IMG/VR virus record: IMGVR_UViG_3300017910_000452 | Location: 1 to 28,588 of that record | Direction: 5' to 3' (one strand) | Source of the DNA: a virus | Taxonomy: Duplodnaviria; Caudoviricetes | Length of the DNA stretch: 28,588 nucleotides | Shown: positions 24,007-28,588 of the stretch, in pieces | Layout of the letters: each line of letters opens with the position of its first letter | Position numbering within the stretch: position 1 is the first letter of the stretch | Made by a program: the position numbers and the translations under genes | Notes under the pieces: model-generated | Databases searched by the model: none | Told to the model about the DNA's origin: nothing | What the model saw: only the letters and a program-made list of their open reading frames with translations

Positions 24007-25014
24007 ATGGCAATAAACGTAAATACTGTTTACACTACAGTGTTGTCTATATTAAATAAAGAACAACGGGGTTACATAACACCTGATGAGTTTAATAAGT
24101 TAGCAACACAGGTTCAACTAGATATTTTTGAAAATTATTTTGAAGATCTAAATCAACAGCTGCGTGTACCTCAAACAGATAATACGTATGCTAATCGTCA
24201 AAAAAATATAGATAATTTGATATCTATATTTAAAACTATAGGTGGAATTACTAGAACACAAGAAGGTGCTATAGTTTCTTTTATAGTAGATAATTTTGGA
24301 ACTCAATTTACTCCAGGTAATTATCAAGGCGTTCAGTTGTTTCCTACTTTAAATACAAGTTCTAGATTTACTGTAAACAGCGTAGATCCTACAACAGGAG
24401 CTATAACAAACTTATCTTTGTTTAGAGGAGGTGGTGACTATATCACAGATAGTCCTGTAACTTTAACGTCCCCTGGTGGTGGTACAGATTGCACTATAAG
24501 TGTAACAAGCGTTAATCTTGAAGACTATTTTACTGGACCAGATAATATACACAGAATAGGAAGTGTTATATACAATAGTACTAAAGAGCTTCAAAGAGTT
24601 CAAAGAGATGAACTTCTGCACTTGAACTTATCTAAATATACTAAACCAAGCACTACATACCCTGTATATTTATATGAACAATCAACTGTAGGATCTAATG
24701 GCGCTAATACAGGTCAACCTCATATTTACGTTTATCCTAAAAGTCTTTACCAAGAATTTAACGCAAACGCTTTGTTTACAGTTAGTTATATAAGGAAACC
24801 CAACAATGTTCAATGGGGCTTTAGTGTTAATCAAACCTTAGGTAATTACACGTATGATCCTACAACATCAATTCAATTTGAACTAGACGCTACAGAACAA
24901 ACAGAAGTTATATTAAGAATATTAGCTTACGCTGGTGTAGTTATAAAAGATCCTCAAATTGTACAAGCTGCATCTCAAGGAATTCAAGCGGAAGAAGTAA
25001 ATTCAAAAAGTTAA
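24007..25014 (+). CDS. Virion structural protein (head-tail adaptor/ring-like)
   Basis: Position, plus helical termini (ILNKEQRGYITP.EFN; YIRKP..V.W) flanking a Gly/Thr-rich beta insert. Confidence 0.6.
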   Translation: MAINVNTVYTTVLSILNKEQRGYITPDEFNKLATQVQLDIFENYFEDLNQQLRVPQTDNTYANRQKNIDNLISIFKTIGGITRTQEGAIVSFIVDNFGTQFTPGNYQGVQLFPTLNTSSRFTVNSVDPTTGAITNLSLFRGGGDYITDSPVTLTSPGGGTDCTISVTSVNLEDYFTGPDNIHRIGSVIYNSTKELQRVQRDELLHLNLSKYTKPSTTYPVYLYEQSTVGSNGANTGQPHIYVYPKSLYQEFNANALFTVSYIRKPNNVQWGFSVNQTLGNYTYDPTTSIQFELDATEQTEVILRILAYAGVVIKDPQIVQAASQGIQAEEVNSKS

Positions 25015-25017
25015 TAA

Positions 25018-26259
25018 ATGGGTTTAATAACAGAAAATAATCGGCAATATTACGAAGGTGTACAGAGCTTTAGAGGTGATGGTACAACATTTAAGTTTCA
25101 ATGTACTTTTAACACTGATTTAGTTTGGTACAGTTCAGACCCAACTAATCCTAAATATCCTTTAAATAACTTTAAAATTTATTCTAGTACAACTGGTACT
25201 CCAGGTAGTTGGTCTGAAATAACATCTGGTTACAGTATAGGTCAAGACTCAGTTGGTGATGGCACAAAAAATATTTTAGATTTTACTAATAACATTCCAG
25301 CAGATGGGTTACACATTGTTGTGCAACTTAAAAAATTAGATGGTGGTAACTATGGTAGCACACCAAATGATAAAGCTTATGGAAATGAAGTAGAAAAAAA
25401 CTGGGGATCGTATGCGTACACTAAACTTGATGAAGTTATAGAAAACTTTTTAGTTGCTTATGTAGGCGCTGGAAAAATTATACAAGATGTAAAAAGAACA
25501 GATGTTATATTTCACGCAAAAAGAGGTTTACAAGAATTTAGTTATGACACACTAAAAAGTGTAAACAAGCTAGAAGTTAGTGTGCCTCATAATCTTAGTA
25601 TACCCTTGCCTGAAGACTACGTCAATTATGTTAGTTTATATTGGATAGATAACTCTGGAGTTAAAAGAGTTATTATGCCGGGAAATATGCTCACTACAAA
25701 TCCAACTGATATATATTTACAAGACACTAAAGGTGTTCCGGTGCAAGATCAATTTAATGATAACATTGACACAACATCTGTGACAGAAGATCGTTGGAAA
25801 AATAATATATTAAAAGAAAAAACTAATCCTGATTTTATAGATGATACTATATTAGGTTGGGAATATTATTATGGTTGGCCTGAGTTTGGTTATGGACAAC
25901 TCTACGGTTTAGACCCACAGTTTGCTAACTCTAGTGGCTATTATACTATTAACGAAAGAGAAAATAAATTTTCATTTTCAGCAAACTTAGTAGATAAAAT
26001 TGTAGTTATAGAATACATCTCTGATGGGCTTTCTACTAACTTAGACACTAAGATACCTAAGATGGCAGAAGAAGCTCTTTACGCTTATATAAAGCACGCT
26101 ATATTAGCTAGTAGAATAAATCAACCGGAATATTTAGTACAAAGACTTAAAAGAGAAGCTAGTGCTCAACTAAGAAATGCGAAGATACGTTTGTCTAACA
26201 TTAAGTTAGATCAAATTACGCAAGTTATGCGTGGAAAATCTAAATGGATAAAACACTAA
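25018..26259 (+). CDS. Virion structural protein (tail ring/tube-like)
   Basis: 413 aa with a 'LP.DYVNYV' motif, located in the tail module. Confidence 0.6.
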   Translation: MGLITENNRQYYEGVQSFRGDGTTFKFQCTFNTDLVWYSSDPTNPKYPLNNFKIYSSTTGTPGSWSEITSGYSIGQDSVGDGTKNILDFTNNIPADGLHIVVQLKKLDGGNYGSTPNDKAYGNEVEKNWGSYAYTKLDEVIENFLVAYVGAGKIIQDVKRTDVIFHAKRGLQEFSYDTLKSVNKLEVSVPHNLSIPLPEDYVNYVSLYWIDNSGVKRVIMPGNMLTTNPTDIYLQDTKGVPVQDQFNDNIDTTSVTEDRWKNNILKEKTNPDFIDDTILGWEYYYGWPEFGYGQLYGLDPQFANSSGYYTINERENKFSFSANLVDKIVVIEYISDGLSTNLDTKIPKMAEEALYAYIKHAILASRINQPEYLVQRLKREASAQLRNAKIRLSNIKLDQITQVMRGKSKWIKH

Positions 26260-26265
26260 AATTAA

Positions 26266-28588
26266 ATGGCTGAAGTTAAAAACGCTTTCATTAAATCCAA
26301 AATGAATCGTGACCTAGATGCTAGGCTGATTCCAAGTGGTGAATATCGTGAAGCTTTCAATGCTCAGATTAGTAGATCTGAAGGTGATGATGTTGGTGCT
26401 CTTGAAAATATACTTGGTAATTCGTTAGTTTTAAACGGAGAGTTTGAAGTTGGAGAATCTTATGCTAGTGATTTATCTGCTATAGGTTATATTGTAGATG
26501 AAAGAACTGACTGCATTTATATTTTTTTAACAGACGGCACGCGTCAATCCAAAACAGATCCATTTGTAACAAGCCCTAATAGTGGTTCTAATCATTTTAT
26601 ATATAAATACGAGCCATCTCAAAATCCTCCTATAGCAACAAAACTTGTTAGTGGTGCTTTTTTAAATTTTTCTAAAAATTTTCCTATATACGGTATAAAT
26701 TTAATAGAAGATTTATTATTTTTTACAGATAACTTTAATCAACCTAGAAAAATAAATGTAGATACAGCTGCTAACAACAGTCAATACTACTCTACAGAAG
26801 ATCAAATATCAGTAGCTAAATATAATCCTTGGTCGCCAATACAGCTATATCAAGAATCTACTGTTTCTCCTGGTGATTATGAAACAACAATGAAAGACGT
26901 TGTAAGTAAATTTTTACCAAATGGAGGTACAGCTTTATCTACTAATGCCGTTAATAACGCTACTCAGTTTCCTATTAACGATATAGAAATACCTTTTTAC
27001 CCCGCGCTGCAAAGTTCAACAAACCCAAACGAACCACAAGACGGCATGCGTGTTGGAGTTATAACAGCAGCAAGTCAATACAGAGGGGTTATTCAAGATA
27101 CAGGTCTTACTGTTGATAGTTATACATCTCCTAATATAACATTAAGTGGGCCTATAACTTTAGCTCAAGACGATCAACTTGTTTTTAACTTTAATCCATA
27201 TTACGACAATCAATATGCAGGTGACTCTAGGTTTTTAGAAGATAAATTTGTTAGGTTTAGTTATCGCTTTAAGTATGATGATAATGAATACTCTATATTA
27301 GCTCCGTTTACCCAACATTGTTTTATACCTAAGCAAGATGGTTATTTTTTAAATACAGAGCGAGAACTTGGTGATCAACAAAGTACATTTGGATCTACTG
27401 TTGTTGATTTTATGGAAAATAAAGTTAGTGAAATAAGTTTAAATATTCCACTACCTTGCGATGGAGATTTACTTAATAATGAATATAAGGTAAAAGAACT
27501 AGAAATAATATTTAAAGAGTCTGATGGTTTAGCGTTACAAGTTGTTGAAACCGTTCCAATTAGTGAAATTGCTTCTACATCTGCAGGGTCAAACACGTAT
27601 ACATATACATATATAAACAAAGAACCTTTTAAAACTTTACCTGAAGCTGATTTAATTAGAGTTTACGATAAAGTTCCTGTAAAAGCTTTGTCGCAAGAAA
27701 TTATAAGCAACAGGATTGTTTATGGTAATTATCAAAATAAACACACGCCGCCAGAGTCTATAGATTACTATGTGAGCGTAGGAGAAAAAGCAGACTTTAA
27801 TTTAAACATTGGCACAGCAGATACTGATGGAGCTTTTATTAGTCCTACAACAGTTAACATTACAAACTTATCTGCTAATTTTGTTCCTACAATTGGTCAA
27901 GTTGTTACTGGTAATAACATAGTAGCTGGTACTTTAGTTGTGGATTACGTAGCTCCTCTTCTTACGTTAAGTGAAGATCAAACAGGTGTGGCATCTGGAA
28001 CTACATTAACTTTTGAAGTTATAGGTGAAGATACTAACACCACAGGAATTATAGAATATCCTAGTAGCTCTGTCAAAACCAATAGAACATATCAAGTTGG
28101 TGTTGTTCTTTCTGATAGATACGGCAGACAGTCTAGTGTTATACTTTCTAATAATAAAGATGTTATAACTATAAATGATATATCTTATTCAGGAGACACT
28201 GTGTATTCTCCATACCCTGATGATACTAATCTTTCTAATGATATAGTTGAGTGGCCAGGTAATTCACTTAAAATGTCATTTAATAGTACTATTGATGGTA
28301 GTGGAGGTTTTTGGCCTGGTATATATAACGGTGATGTAACAAGTCCTGATTACAACCCACTTGGATGGTATACATACAAAGTAGTTGTAAAACAAACTGA
28401 ACAAGAGTATTACAATGTATACACAGCTGGCGTAATGCAAGATGTTCCATTTGATTATTCAACTCCAGGGCCACCAACAGCCGCAGATCCAGTAAACGCA
28501 AACACATCGTTTGTAACACTAATTAATGATAACATAAACAAAGTACCTAGAGATTTAACCGAAGTTGGGCCTCAAGATAAAACTTTTA
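26266..28588 (+). CDS. Large tail protein (stabilisation/nozzle-like), truncated by the window end
   Basis: ATG at 26266 (MAEVKNAFIKSKMNRDLDARLIPSGEYREAFNAQISRSEGDDVGALENILGN...). It appears open to the end and contains 'LLFFTDN.NQPRKINV'. Confidence 0.75.
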   Translation, partial: MAEVKNAFIKSKMNRDLDARLIPSGEYREAFNAQISRSEGDDVGALENILGNSLVLNGEFEVGESYASDLSAIGYIVDERTDCIYIFLTDGTRQSKTDPFVTSPNSGSNHFIYKYEPSQNPPIATKLVSGAFLNFSKNFPIYGINLIEDLLFFTDNFNQPRKINVDTAANNSQYYSTEDQISVAKYNPWSPIQLYQESTVSPGDYETTMKDVVSKFLPNGGTALSTNAVNNATQFPINDIEIPFYPALQSSTNPNEPQDGMRVGVITAASQYRGVIQDTGLTVDSYTSPNITLSGPITLAQDDQLVFNFNPYYDNQYAGDSRFLEDKFVRFSYRFKYDDNEYSILAPFTQHCFIPKQDGYFLNTERELGDQQSTFGSTVVDFMENKVSEISLNIPLPCDGDLLNNEYKVKELEIIFKESDGLALQVVETVPISEIASTSAGSNTYTYTYINKEPFKTLPEADLIRVYDKVPVKALSQEIISNRIVYGNYQNKHTPPESIDYYVSVGEKADFNLNIGTADTDGAFISPTTVNITNLSANFVPTIGQVVTGNNIVAGTLVVDYVAPLLTLSEDQTGVASGTTLTFEVIGEDTNTTGIIEYPSSSVKTNRTYQVGVVLSDRYGRQSSVILSNNKDVITINDISYSGDTVYSPYPDDTNLSNDIVEWPGNSLKMSFNSTIDGSGGFWPGIYNGDVTSPDYNPLGWYTYKVVVKQTEQEYYNVYTAGVMQDVPFDYSTPGPPTAADPVNANTSFVTLINDNINKVPRDLTEVGPQDKTF

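Noticed and set aside
7102-28519. Minus-strand ORFs within the rightward arm (e.g. 8716-9306, 16510-16776, 27375-27620)
   Set aside because: They are antisense to well-supported genes, with no motifs or independent expression signals.
1-28588. Stop-codon reassignment as in some Bacteroidetes phages
   Set aside because: Core genes are full length under the standard code, and TAA, TAG and TGA all end tightly coupled genes.

Overview
This window is a segment of an AT-rich dsDNA tailed phage genome, most likely a podovirus-like phage of marine Bacteroidetes (Flavobacteria). The host call is inferred from gene content, A-rich leaders without Shine-Dalgarno sites and Bacteroidetes-style signal peptides. 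Bases 1-4900 form a minus-strand, probably early region of about 20 small hypothetical genes. This region carries seven copies of a fixed-spacing 34-bp promoter-like motif, three D-arm-less tRNA-like elements (acceptor stem, TTCGATT T-arm, 3' NCTA), and a ~250-nt structured non-coding RNA that ends 1 nt before one of them. A symmetric non-coding junction (~4910-5180) separates it from the plus-strand arm. That arm encodes a fibre-like protein, GroEL and GroES, a winged-helix protein, small low-complexity proteins around a mini HEXXH peptidase, a 3TM holin and a tandem GroES-like protein. These are followed by the terminase subunits, portal, scaffold, major capsid and tail/adaptor proteins, the last running off the window. 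Two candidate overprinted +1-frame genes lie inside terL and the scaffold gene. All product calls come from motif recognition and synteny, not database searches.
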